Assembly: GCA_965230895.1 (NCBI GenBank)
Contig: OZ246394.1
Location: 633,316 to 697,315, forward strand
Source: an uncultured Gammaproteobacteria bacterium
Lineage (GTDB): Bacteria > Patescibacteriota > Microgenomatia > Levybacterales > UBA12049
Length of the DNA stretch: 64,000 nucleotides
Direction of reading: 5' to 3'
The translations under genes were made by a program, and so were the position numbers. Shown piece by piece: positions 1 to 8,685 of this stretch; positions within the stretch are counted from its first letter, which is position 1, and each line of letters opens with the position of its first letter. Below the pieces are notes generated by a model. It worked only from the letters and a program-made list of their open reading frames with translations. It did no database searches and had not been told where the DNA came from.

Positions 1-84
1 GGTAGCAATCCCAGCCAATGTTGCAAAGATCGACATCACCAAAAGAAATTCAATCAATGTAAATCCTCTTTGCTCTTTTTTCAT
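1..84 (-). CDS. Prepilin-type N-terminal cleavage/methylation protein (partial, runs off the window)
   Basis: Manual translation gives MKKEQRGFTLIEFLLVMSIFATLAGIAT, a G|FTLIE class III signal. It lies directly downstream of pilC. Confidence 0.85.
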   Translation of the reverse strand, partial: MKKEQRGFTLIEFLLVMSIFATLAGIAT

Positions 85-118
85 CTCTCACCTCTCATTT
101 CTCATTAGTCCATTGATG

Positions 119-1171
119 TTATCTTGCGCCCACTGAACCGATGAGTTGATATATTGGCGCGATAATCGCCATCATCATGCCTCCAATTAGAACACCGACC
201 CCGACAAGCATTATCGGTTCAATCATTGCAGTAACTGTTTTGAGTGTACTTGAGACTTGGTAATCAAGATATTCTGAAACATCAAGCATCGCTTTATCGA
301 GTGAACCACTTCTTTCACCTGCTTCGATGATCTTAATCATAATCGGAGGAATTGCTTTCTTACTATCTTTAAGCCCCTCAGACAATTTCTTCCCCCCAAA
401 GACAACAATCTTTGTATGTTTGATCGCATTCTGGATGTTCTTTTTGATAACAACATCTTGTGTTAACTCCAATGCTGTCGTGATTGGAATACCTGCCGTC
501 AAAAGTAAATACAGACTTCTGGTAAATCTCGTCAAATCGATCTGTTGAGTCAAAAGCGTAATTAAAGGCAACGACGTTAAAGCTCGGATGATTGCCATAC
601 GATTTTGTTTATAAACAAAAATTACCGAAGCAATAAGGATGACCACCACTGCGATAATGGGGATTGTGTAGTTCAGAAGTGCGTTCGATAAGAAAATCAT
701 GATTTTTGTCGGCAAAGGTAAATCTACATTTAAACGAAGAAATACTGTGGCAATTCTTGGCACGACCACAACTAAAATAACAACCATTACTAGTACGAAA
801 ACAATCATGATGAAGACAGGATAGATAAGCGCAGATTTGATTTTGTCATTAAATTCAATTTCCTTTCTGATACTCAATTTCAAATCTTCAAGCGCTGTAT
901 CCAAAGTACCTGAATCCTCTGAAGCTTTGACGATATTAACGGTTACCGGATCAAAGATCTTTGGAAATTTCTGAAAGGTCGTATACATATGCTGACCTTG
1001 AGCAAGATCAGAACGCATTTCTAAAAGGAGTTTTTTCTGACCTCCTTTAGAATCCTCAAGAAGTGATTCGACTGTTTCGAGAATTGGAATTCCAGAAGAA
1101 AGCATTGTATGTAAATTACTGACAAGGGCAATTTTATCGTTGGCAGAAAGCGTTGTGTTAAATTTTTTCAT
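119..1171 (-). CDS. pilC: Type IV pilus/T2SS platform protein (PilC/GspF family)
   Basis: Two T2SSF repeats (LSSGIPILE..ASEDSGTLD and LTAGIPIT..AGERSGSLD), YP and IEP motifs, TM segments. Confidence 0.92.
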   Translation of the reverse strand: MKKFNTTLSANDKIALVSNLHTMLSSGIPILETVESLLEDSKGGQKKLLLEMRSDLAQGQHMYTTFQKFPKIFDPVTVNIVKASEDSGTLDTALEDLKLSIRKEIEFNDKIKSALIYPVFIMIVFVLVMVVILVVVVPRIATVFLRLNVDLPLPTKIMIFLSNALLNYTIPIIAVVVILIASVIFVYKQNRMAIIRALTSLPLITLLTQQIDLTRFTRSLYLLLTAGIPITTALELTQDVVIKKNIQNAIKHTKIVVFGGKKLSEGLKDSKKAIPPIMIKIIEAGERSGSLDKAMLDVSEYLDYQVSSTLKTVTAMIEPIMLVGVGVLIGGMMMAIIAPIYQLIGSVGAR

Positions 1172-1173
1172 AG

Positions 1174-2859
1174 TTAAAGCGCTTCGATCTTGGTCACACG
1201 GAGTACTTCTTCAATTGTTGTCTGACCTTGGACAACCTTGCTCAAACCATCATCAAGCATTGTTGTCATTCCATCTTCAATAGCTTTTTTAAGAATAAGA
1301 TCTGAATCATTATTCGAGGTAATGAGTTTCTTGATATCATTATTTACTTCGAGAACTTCGAACACACCTAAACGACCGGAATATCCAGTATTATGGCAGA
1401 CTTCACAACCTTTTCCTTTATAGATACGAATTTCTTTCTTTGTACCAAAATGCTTTTTAATTGCCTCTTTTGGCAAGTTCATTACTAACTGATCAGCTGT
1501 CACATCTTCTGAACCTTTACACATCTCACAAATCTTACGGACAAGTCTTTGCGCGATAATGACATTGACTGTTGAAGCAACAAGGAATGGTTCAACATTC
1601 ATATCTGTTAAACGTGGAAGCGCACCAGAGGCATCATTGGTGTGGAGCGTGGACAAAACTAAATGACCGGTAAGCGCAGCATTTACAGCAATACCAGCGG
1701 TCTCGGAATCACGAATTTCTCCGACAAGAATAACGTTTGGATCTTGGCGGAGAATTGAGCGAAGACCTGAAGCAAAAGTTAAATTAGTTTTGGTATTAGT
1801 TTGAATCTGATTAATTCCTTTTAAACGGTATTCGACAGGATCTTCGATCGTCGTGATATTCTTGTCCCGTGAATTAATAATCTTCAAAACCGAATAGATT
1901 GAGGTGGATTTACCAGAACCAGTAGGACCTGTTGAGAGAATCAAACCAAAAGATTTTTTAAATGCATTGGTCACTTTCTCCAAATCCTTTGGACTCATAC
2001 CAAGATCCGCAAGAGAAAATTGTCGAAAATGGGATGCAAGTAAACGCATAACGATCTTTTCTCCGTAAATGACTGGCAAGATAGAAACACGAAGATCCAA
2101 ATTCTCTTCTTCAAGTTCACGTCTGATCTTTCCGTCTTGTGGAGCCATATGTTCATCTGTACGCAAACTTGCCAAGACTTTAATACGAGTTGCTATTTGA
2201 TCATGGAGCTTCTTTGGCAGAGAAAGTACGTCATGCAAGATGCCGTCCACACGGAATCGAACAATAGTATTGTCTTCCTCAGGTTCGATGTGAATATCTG
2301 ACGCCCGATCCTGATATGCATATTGAATAATCAAATCGACAATCTTAGCGATCGGGACATCAATTGCAGCAGTTTTTCCGGCTGTACGAACTTGTTCTGA
2401 AACAAGTGTATCGAAGGTCTTTTGTAAGTCCCGGCGATAAAGCCACATTTTATTGAAGATGTCACGCTCAGTAGCAAGGTACGTAAAAACCTTTTGGCCT
2501 GTCTTCTTGGAGATCATTTCAGCGATGAGTGTGTTCTTCGGATCCACCATCGCTACTTTGATACCATCTTTATCTCGAGCAAATGGAATTGCTTTGTATT
2601 TACGTGCTAATCTTTCAGGGATAATGCGGAATGCTTCTTCGGGGATAGAAATTTTACCAAGAACAACAAAAGGAATTTTGAAGGCATCGGAGATGAGCAC
2701 CCCCAGATTTTCATCGGTGATAACGTCTCGCTCAATCAACGCATCTGTAAAAGAGATATCAGAATTTTTTGCGTATTCAATAACCTCATCAAGCTTCTTT
2801 TGATCTGCTATTTTGACGTTAATCAGTAATGTTTTTAATTGATCATCTGTAATCAACAT
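1174..2859 (-). CDS. pilB: Type IV pilus/T2SS assembly ATPase (PilB/GspE family)
   Basis: ASDIHIEP, Walker A GPTGSGKS, TIEDPVEY, LRQDPNVILVGEIRD and tetracysteine CxxC motifs. Confidence 0.95.
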   Translation of the reverse strand: MLITDDQLKTLLINVKIADQKKLDEVIEYAKNSDISFTDALIERDVITDENLGVLISDAFKIPFVVLGKISIPEEAFRIIPERLARKYKAIPFARDKDGIKVAMVDPKNTLIAEMISKKTGQKVFTYLATERDIFNKMWLYRRDLQKTFDTLVSEQVRTAGKTAAIDVPIAKIVDLIIQYAYQDRASDIHIEPEEDNTIVRFRVDGILHDVLSLPKKLHDQIATRIKVLASLRTDEHMAPQDGKIRRELEEENLDLRVSILPVIYGEKIVMRLLASHFRQFSLADLGMSPKDLEKVTNAFKKSFGLILSTGPTGSGKSTSIYSVLKIINSRDKNITTIEDPVEYRLKGINQIQTNTKTNLTFASGLRSILRQDPNVILVGEIRDSETAGIAVNAALTGHLVLSTLHTNDASGALPRLTDMNVEPFLVASTVNVIIAQRLVRKICEMCKGSEDVTADQLVMNLPKEAIKKHFGTKKEIRIYKGKGCEVCHNTGYSGRLGVFEVLEVNNDIKKLITSNNDSDLILKKAIEDGMTTMLDDGLSKVVQGQTTIEEVLRVTKIEAL

Positions 2860-2910
2860 GGGCAGTTATACTTATTTATTGTACAGGAAAAAGGTGAAAT
2901 ACAATAGAGC

Positions 2911-3276
2911 TCAGGCCTTACTAATCTCGAGGATTTTTGAATACAATTTATCAAAATCAAAGAAGCTTTTATTCACGTATCCTTTTGCTCCAAGCATACG
3001 GGCTTTCTCGACGTCTTTCTCTTGACCTAATGTAGAGAAAACAAGTACAGGAATCTTTTCAGTCAATCCATCCCTTTTCATTGTTTCAAGCACTTCAAAT
3101 CCATCCTTTTTCGGCATGATAATGTCGAGTAAAATTAAATCTGGAGCGAAAGCAGCAATTTTTTGTAGCCCTTCTTCACCATCAGCTGCGACATCAATTT
3201 CAATGCCTTTTTCTTTTAACTTCGTGGAATAAAAACCGCGGAAGAATGTATCGTCTTCAATGAGCAGGATTTTCAT
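2911..3276 (-). CDS. Single-domain response regulator (receiver)
   Basis: LLIEDD, DLILLDIIMP phospho-Asp, conserved S/T and K. Confidence 0.92.
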   Translation of the reverse strand: MKILLIEDDTFFRGFYSTKLKEKGIEIDVAADGEEGLQKIAAFAPDLILLDIIMPKKDGFEVLETMKRDGLTEKIPVLVFSTLGQEKDVEKARMLGAKGYVNKSFFDFDKLYSKILEISKA

Positions 3277-3287
3277 GACTTTATTTA

Positions 3288-3677
3288 TTATACCTTAATA
3301 GTACTAGTGGATTGCAATTCTTCAATCTGAGCTGTTAAATCAATCTCATCATCTTGTGTTTCAAGCTGAGCAGTCGATGCTTGCATTTGTTTTACTGCTT
3401 TTACTAAGACTTGTTGGACTTCAGGCGTAATGACATAGCCTTCATCGATTTTTGCTTTAAAGATTCTTTCGATGAGTCTTGAAAGATTCCCAAGGGAATT
3501 GTATTCCATCATCAAGCTTTGACTGCCCATTGAATGAGCTGCACGATGTAATGTCTCGAGCATTTCCTGATCCTCCATGTTCAACACGGCAATCCCTTGA
3601 AGTTGATCCACATATGGCTTCGCTGACTCAAGATAGAGAGATTTATACTTTTTTTTGTCTTCAGCAGAAAGTGGCAT
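3288..3677 (-). CDS. Stand-alone Hpt histidine phosphotransfer protein (CheA P1-like)
   Basis: YxxLYLESA and LHRAAHSMGSQS motifs; helical protein next to the receiver gene. Confidence 0.75.
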   Translation of the reverse strand: MPLSAEDKKKYKSLYLESAKPYVDQLQGIAVLNMEDQEMLETLHRAAHSMGSQSLMMEYNSLGNLSRLIERIFKAKIDEGYVITPEVQQVLVKAVKQMQASTAQLETQDDEIDLTAQIEELQSTSTIKV

Positions 3678-3740
3678 AATTGGATTTAAGTATAGAGAAT
3701 CCGGAATTAAGAATCAAGAATTATGCTAGTATAAATACAT

Positions 3741-4931
3741 ATGACACCATTCATTGTTTGGCTTAAAGATGCTGATACCCATGATACATCATCGATTGGG
3801 AAAGCAGGAAAGCATATCGCGAAACTGACACAAGCAGGCTTTCCAATCCTCCCTGGATTTATCATTACATCAAACGCATATCATACCTTTCTTAAAGAGA
3901 ATAAACTTGATGTAAAAATTAAAAAACTCCTTACCACAGTAAATACAGAGCATCCTGAATCTATTTATCAGGTTGCGAAACATATCCAAGACCTTATCGC
4001 ACAGTCCAAAATTCCTGGTGATATCGCAAAGGAAGTAGAAGATTTTTATAAAAAGTTGCGGACGGAAGCTGTTTCGATTGAAGCACATACGACAGCCAAA
4101 CCATCTCATAAAGTTGCAAAATCTAAGGCGATTGATCTTGAAAGCTTAATGCAGCATGTGAAAGAATCTTGGGGACAGCACTTTGAACCAAATTATTTTT
4201 GGAAACGTCATGAACATGGACATGATCATATAGATACAGGTATGGAAGTTATAATCCAACTTGAGATACAGCCTCAAAAAACTGGCAAGCTCCATACGGT
4301 TAATGTCCATGATCATGGCAAAGGTACGATGACAATAACGGTACATCACTCCCATGCCTCAGACAGATATACACTTTCAAAGAAAAATCTTATGCTCATC
4401 CACAGAGATTTATCCCATTATGGAAAAGCTCCAAAACTTACCTATGAAGAAATATTCTCCATTGCTACACTTGGGAAACAGATTGAAAATCAGCTCTATT
4501 TCCCGCAAGAAATTACCTGGGCAATAGATAACGATACAGTTTACATTCTCGACTCCAAACCCTTCTCTTCCCTTCCAAAAGTTAAAACAGAATCGAAGAA
4601 AAAGCTTGCTGCATCACGAGGTATTTCGATCACCAAAACCATTGGCACAGGTCCAGTCACAATCATCCATCATGACAATGATTTAGATAAAAGTGCAGAG
4701 CATATCGTCGTCATTTCTTCTGTTGCAAAATCTCATGTGAATAAACTTAAACGAGCAAAAGGATTAATAACCGAAAAAGGGAAAGTACAATCTGAGGTTT
4801 CAACATTAATCAAAGCCCTTGGAATACCAACGATCTATGGAGTGAAAGATGCAACAAAGAAATTTAAAAGCGAACATGTCATAACCATACATGCTGGAAA
4901 AGGCGAAATATATATTGGTGGACTCCATTAA
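3741..4931 (+). CDS. Degenerate PEP synthase/PPDK-like protein (N-terminal plus mobile domain, catalytic His absent)
   Basis: IGKAGKHIAKLTQAGFPILPGFII, PQEITWAID and LITEKGKVQSEVSTLIKALGIP (compare GGxTSHAAIVARELGIP). Confidence 0.75.
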   Translation: MTPFIVWLKDADTHDTSSIGKAGKHIAKLTQAGFPILPGFIITSNAYHTFLKENKLDVKIKKLLTTVNTEHPESIYQVAKHIQDLIAQSKIPGDIAKEVEDFYKKLRTEAVSIEAHTTAKPSHKVAKSKAIDLESLMQHVKESWGQHFEPNYFWKRHEHGHDHIDTGMEVIIQLEIQPQKTGKLHTVNVHDHGKGTMTITVHHSHASDRYTLSKKNLMLIHRDLSHYGKAPKLTYEEIFSIATLGKQIENQLYFPQEITWAIDNDTVYILDSKPFSSLPKVKTESKKKLAASRGISITKTIGTGPVTIIHHDNDLDKSAEHIVVISSVAKSHVNKLKRAKGLITEKGKVQSEVSTLIKALGIPTIYGVKDATKKFKSEHVITIHAGKGEIYIGGLH

Positions 4932-4977
4932 ACTCTTCTTGATTCTCCAAGCTTAATTTTATATACTAAATGCTGTT

Positions 4978-5601
4978 ATGGCATACCTCGTACTTGTAAG
5001 ACACGGTGAATCAGAATGGAACGCAAAAGGACTTTGGACTGGTTGGACTGACGTGAACCTCAGTGAAAATGGACGCGAAGAAGCACGCAAAGCTGGTGAA
5101 GCACTGCATGATATTCATTTTGATTATGCGTACACTTCGGCCTTAAAACGGGCACAGCAGACACTGCAAGAGATCCAAACAGTATTAGGCACAAACCTTA
5201 TCGCCACAGAAGATAAAGCGTTAAACGAACGAAGTTATGGGGATTTTACTGGTAAGAATAAGTGGGAGGTAAAAGAACAAGTTGGCGAAGAAGAATTCCA
5301 AAGACTCCGACGAAGTTGGGATTACCCACCAGCAAATGGTGAATCACTCAAAATGGTTTATGAAAGAGTTCTTCCATATTACCAAGCGGAAATTGAGCCA
5401 AAGTTAAAAGAGGGCAAAAATGTCATTATCGCAGCGCATGGAAATAGTTTGCGAGCGTTAATTAAACACCTTGAGGGTATTTCTGATGAAGAAATTACGA
5501 AGCTTGAACTCGCAACTGGGGGATTATATGTCTATCAAATTGACGCAGAAGGTAAAGTAACTTCAAAAGAAATCCGCGGTTCAAATACGAACGCCCACTA
5601 A
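4978..5601 (+). CDS. gpmA: 2,3-BPG-dependent phosphoglycerate mutase
   Basis: LVLVRHGESEWN, TGWTDV, LNERSYG, AAHGNSLRAL. Confidence 0.95.
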   Translation: MAYLVLVRHGESEWNAKGLWTGWTDVNLSENGREEARKAGEALHDIHFDYAYTSALKRAQQTLQEIQTVLGTNLIATEDKALNERSYGDFTGKNKWEVKEQVGEEEFQRLRRSWDYPPANGESLKMVYERVLPYYQAEIEPKLKEGKNVIIAAHGNSLRALIKHLEGISDEEITKLELATGGLYVYQIDAEGKVTSKEIRGSNTNAH

Positions 5602-6249
5602 TTACTTCTTCCCATTCCATTCAGCGTAAAACTCCTCAAGGAAATGTTTCATAAAGATTTCACGCTCTTTTGCAATCGTCTTGGCAGTTTTCGTGTGCAT
5701 TAAGCCACGAACTAAGAATAATTTCTCGTAAAAGTGATTTATTGTTGTCCCTTTGTGGTTTTTATATTCTTCATGCGTTTTAAACTTCTGAGGTTTTAAT
5801 GAAGGATTGTACATTTCTCTTTGTTTCAAACCCCCATATGCAAATGCTCGTCCAATACCTATTGCACCAAGCGCTTCCAGACGATCCGCGTCTTGCACGA
5901 TTTTTGCTTCAATCGTTGTAGGTTGTATGGGGTTTGATCCGCCTTTGTAGGAGATTGAACGAATATCTCGGCATAATCGTTCTATATACTCGGGCTCCAA
6001 TTGCATTTTCTGCAACCAGGCACGTTCGATAGAATTATTTGTATCTTCATGAAATTTCCAATCCGCAATATCGTGAAGTAATGCAATCATTTGAAGCGAG
6101 AATAAATCAACATCTTTTTCTGATTGCGCGATTTTCAAAGAAAGCTTCAGGACTCGTTCGACATGGAACCAATCATGCCCTGTTCCTTCACCAGACATTT
6201 TGTCCTGCACATATTGTTTTGTTTGTTTGAGGATAAGCGCTTTAGTCAT
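5602..6249 (-). CDS. HD-domain phosphohydrolase (YedJ-like)
   Basis: GHDWFHVERV, ALLHDIAD, VQDADRLEALGAIGIGRAF, HFYEKL. Confidence 0.88.
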   Translation of the reverse strand: MTKALILKQTKQYVQDKMSGEGTGHDWFHVERVLKLSLKIAQSEKDVDLFSLQMIALLHDIADWKFHEDTNNSIERAWLQKMQLEPEYIERLCRDIRSISYKGGSNPIQPTTIEAKIVQDADRLEALGAIGIGRAFAYGGLKQREMYNPSLKPQKFKTHEEYKNHKGTTINHFYEKLFLVRGLMHTKTAKTIAKEREIFMKHFLEEFYAEWNGKK

Positions 6250-6956
6250 TAGAGATGAAACAGAAGAACAAATTCACCCTTTGGTTCTTTTTTCTTAAAA
6301 TAAGTAATCGCTTCAGCAATCTTTCTCCGTTTTACTTCTTCATATATTTTTGTTAGTTCCCGAGCGAAGACAACTTCAATATTTCCGAAGACTTTTTCCA
6401 TATCCTGAAGCGTTTTAATTACTTTGTGCGGCGCTTCAAACATTACGACAGTAGCGTTTACTGCATCTAGACTTGTCTTAATATTTTTAAAGTAATCCAA
6501 CCGGTGTCCAGGTTTGTGCGGCGGATAACCAACGAATGTGAACTTATCAGTTGGCAAGCCAGATGCAGTTAATGCTGTCAAAACTGATGATGCACCAGGC
6601 AATGATACAACATTTACTTTCTCTTTCAGACACTCGCGAACTAATTTAAACCCAGGATCGGAGACCGCAGGCGTTCCAGCATCTGAAACAAGCGCAACAT
6701 CCTGATCGGATTTGAGTAAACTGATAATCTCAGGAATTCTCTGCAATTCGTTTTGATCATAATATGAAATAAATCGTGGTTTCTGCTTATCTTCAGGATT
6801 GTTTGAGAATTCTTGTAAAAGCTTTTCCAGAAGCATTCCTGTTCGTCGCGTATCTTCACAGGCAATAACTTGTACAGAAAAAAGGATCTTAAGCGCACGA
6901 AGTGTAATATCTGCAAGATTTCCGATCGGTGTAGGTACAATATAAAGCGTTCCCAT
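6249..6956 (-). CDS. rsmI: 16S rRNA C1402 2'-O-methyltransferase
   Basis: LYIVPTPIGNLADITLRAL, ACEDTR, LVSDAGTPAVSDPG, RELTKIYEE. Confidence 0.95.
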   Translation of the reverse strand: MGTLYIVPTPIGNLADITLRALKILFSVQVIACEDTRRTGMLLEKLLQEFSNNPEDKQKPRFISYYDQNELQRIPEIISLLKSDQDVALVSDAGTPAVSDPGFKLVRECLKEKVNVVSLPGASSVLTALTASGLPTDKFTFVGYPPHKPGHRLDYFKNIKTSLDAVNATVVMFEAPHKVIKTLQDMEKVFGNIEVVFARELTKIYEEVKRRKIAEAITYFKKKEPKGEFVLLFHL

Positions 6957-6974
6957 AGTGGGTATTATACATTA

Positions 6975-7604
6975 TTAGAGGTATCGGCGGACTAATCCTA
7001 CCATTTTCCCTTGTATTTTTACACTATTAGGGTAAATTGGTTGCATGCTCGCATTCGCTGGTTTAAGAACGACTTTTCCACCTTCCTTGTAGAATCGTTT
7101 CAATGTTGCAAGATTATCATCAACCAGCGCTACCACAATCTCACCATTAGCGGCATCATTTACTTTCTCTATGACAACATAGTCCCCGTCCAGAATCCCG
7201 TCTTCAATCATAGACTCACCTTTTACTTGCAGTACATACGCTGTCTTTGAGCCAGTCAACATTGAAGCTGAAACTTGAAATGTCGCGTTTGGATCAACAT
7301 GTGGTTCAAGTGGTCGACCTGCTGCTATATACCCCATCAAAGGCAATTCAACAGATGGTTGTACACCCATGAAAGTAGAAATGACATTTTCATCCTTAAC
7401 CTTTAAAACTCGAGCATTCCCATCTACTTTTTGGACATATCCTTTATCGACTAAATTTCGAAGAATTACGTGGATTGTGGAGACACTTCGATGTCCCGTT
7501 GCATCTGCAATTTCGCGCAAAGTTGGCGCATATGTGTGCTTATTCTGGAATTGTACGAGGAACTCCAACACTTGTCTTTCTTTTCTGTAAAGTACTCCTG
7601 GCAT
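6975..7604 (-). CDS. lexA: SOS repressor LexA (likely start MPGVL at 7604)
   Basis: PTLREIA wHTH, IAAG cleavage site, VKGESM catalytic Ser, ATLKRF catalytic Lys. Confidence 0.93.
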   Translation of the reverse strand: MPGVLYRKERQVLEFLVQFQNKHTYAPTLREIADATGHRSVSTIHVILRNLVDKGYVQKVDGNARVLKVKDENVISTFMGVQPSVELPLMGYIAAGRPLEPHVDPNATFQVSASMLTGSKTAYVLQVKGESMIEDGILDGDYVVIEKVNDAANGEIVVALVDDNLATLKRFYKEGGKVVLKPANASMQPIYPNSVKIQGKMVGLVRRYL

Positions 7605-7653
7605 AGTAAAATCTTTTTCGTATTTATGTGAAATAAGTACGAAGAATATATAA

Positions 7654-7679
7654 AAAATATACGACAATTCGTATATTTT
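7654..7679. promoter_or_regulatory. Palindrome upstream of lexA, candidate LexA operator
   Basis: AAAATATACGA-caat-TCGTATATTTT has perfect 11-bp arms and lies 50 bp upstream of the lexA start. Confidence 0.45.
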
Positions 7680-7803
7680 ATCAATAACACTTTCTATATA
7701 CTAACTAGATCATTTTTACTATATAAAAACTCTCCAGACTTAACTCTTCCATAAAAATTAACACTATAAACCTTTTAAAATATTTGCTATACTATGTGAC
7801 CTT

Positions 7804-8631
7804 ATGACTGCAAGTTCACTACTACAACTACCTATTAGTTTGCTTAGCCACCGTGGTGAAGCTCGTCGTGTCCAAGATCTCGTAAATGTACTTCGTTTCG
7901 ATCAAGCCGAAAGAGTTATCCATAGAAATAATCTGCATATTCATATGCTTCGAGTCGGATATCTGAGTGGTGCAATCGCGCGGCATTTACGTACAAATTA
8001 CGACGTCCATGTTGACCCAGAGAAAACAACCCGGCTTGCACAATACCACGATGACCCAGAAGTAATTACAGGAGATATCCCTACACCTATTAAGTATTCT
8101 ATGAAGCCCCAAGAACGCCAAGCGTTAAAGAAAGCTGAAGAAGAGGCAGTGCATGAGCTCGCACAACGATATTTCCGCATTAATCCATGGAGAAAAAGAC
8201 AATATTTGAACGATCAACGAGATATGACGGATAAATCTTCAATGGAAGCACGTATTGTAAATATTGCAGACAAAATGGAAGGGCTTTGTGAAACTATCCA
8301 CGAGATTCGATGCGGAAATGACACTTTCGAAGAAATCCTCAATAACTACCGTGCGTTTTTCGAACCATTTATCCAGAATGAATCCCTATTTGAACTTGTA
8401 AATGCAGATTCTACATATAAAATAACCATGGAAACAATCCCGACAGTAGCTGAAGCACGAAAATTGCAAAAGATTGATGTGAGAATTTTAAAGAAAAATC
8501 CTACACAATTCTGGAATAATGTTTTTGCCGAAGAACTTCCAGAATTTTATAAACAATGGCTTCTTATTACTCGAAAGGAATTGGGACAAAAAACCCTCTT
8601 CCCAGGCTGGAAAGAACTACAGACCGTATAA
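7804..8631 (+). CDS. HD-domain protein (YfbR-like 5'-nucleotidase family, divergent)
   Basis: HMLRVG, YHDDPEVITGDIPTPIK and IADKMEG motifs. Confidence 0.75.
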   Translation: MTASSLLQLPISLLSHRGEARRVQDLVNVLRFDQAERVIHRNNLHIHMLRVGYLSGAIARHLRTNYDVHVDPEKTTRLAQYHDDPEVITGDIPTPIKYSMKPQERQALKKAEEEAVHELAQRYFRINPWRKRQYLNDQRDMTDKSSMEARIVNIADKMEGLCETIHEIRCGNDTFEEILNNYRAFFEPFIQNESLFELVNADSTYKITMETIPTVAEARKLQKIDVRILKKNPTQFWNNVFAEELPEFYKQWLLITRKELGQKTLFPGWKELQTV

Positions 8632-8685
8632 TTCTCATCCATGTTTCGGAACAGTTGATAGAACCTTTTATGCTACAATGCTTTT

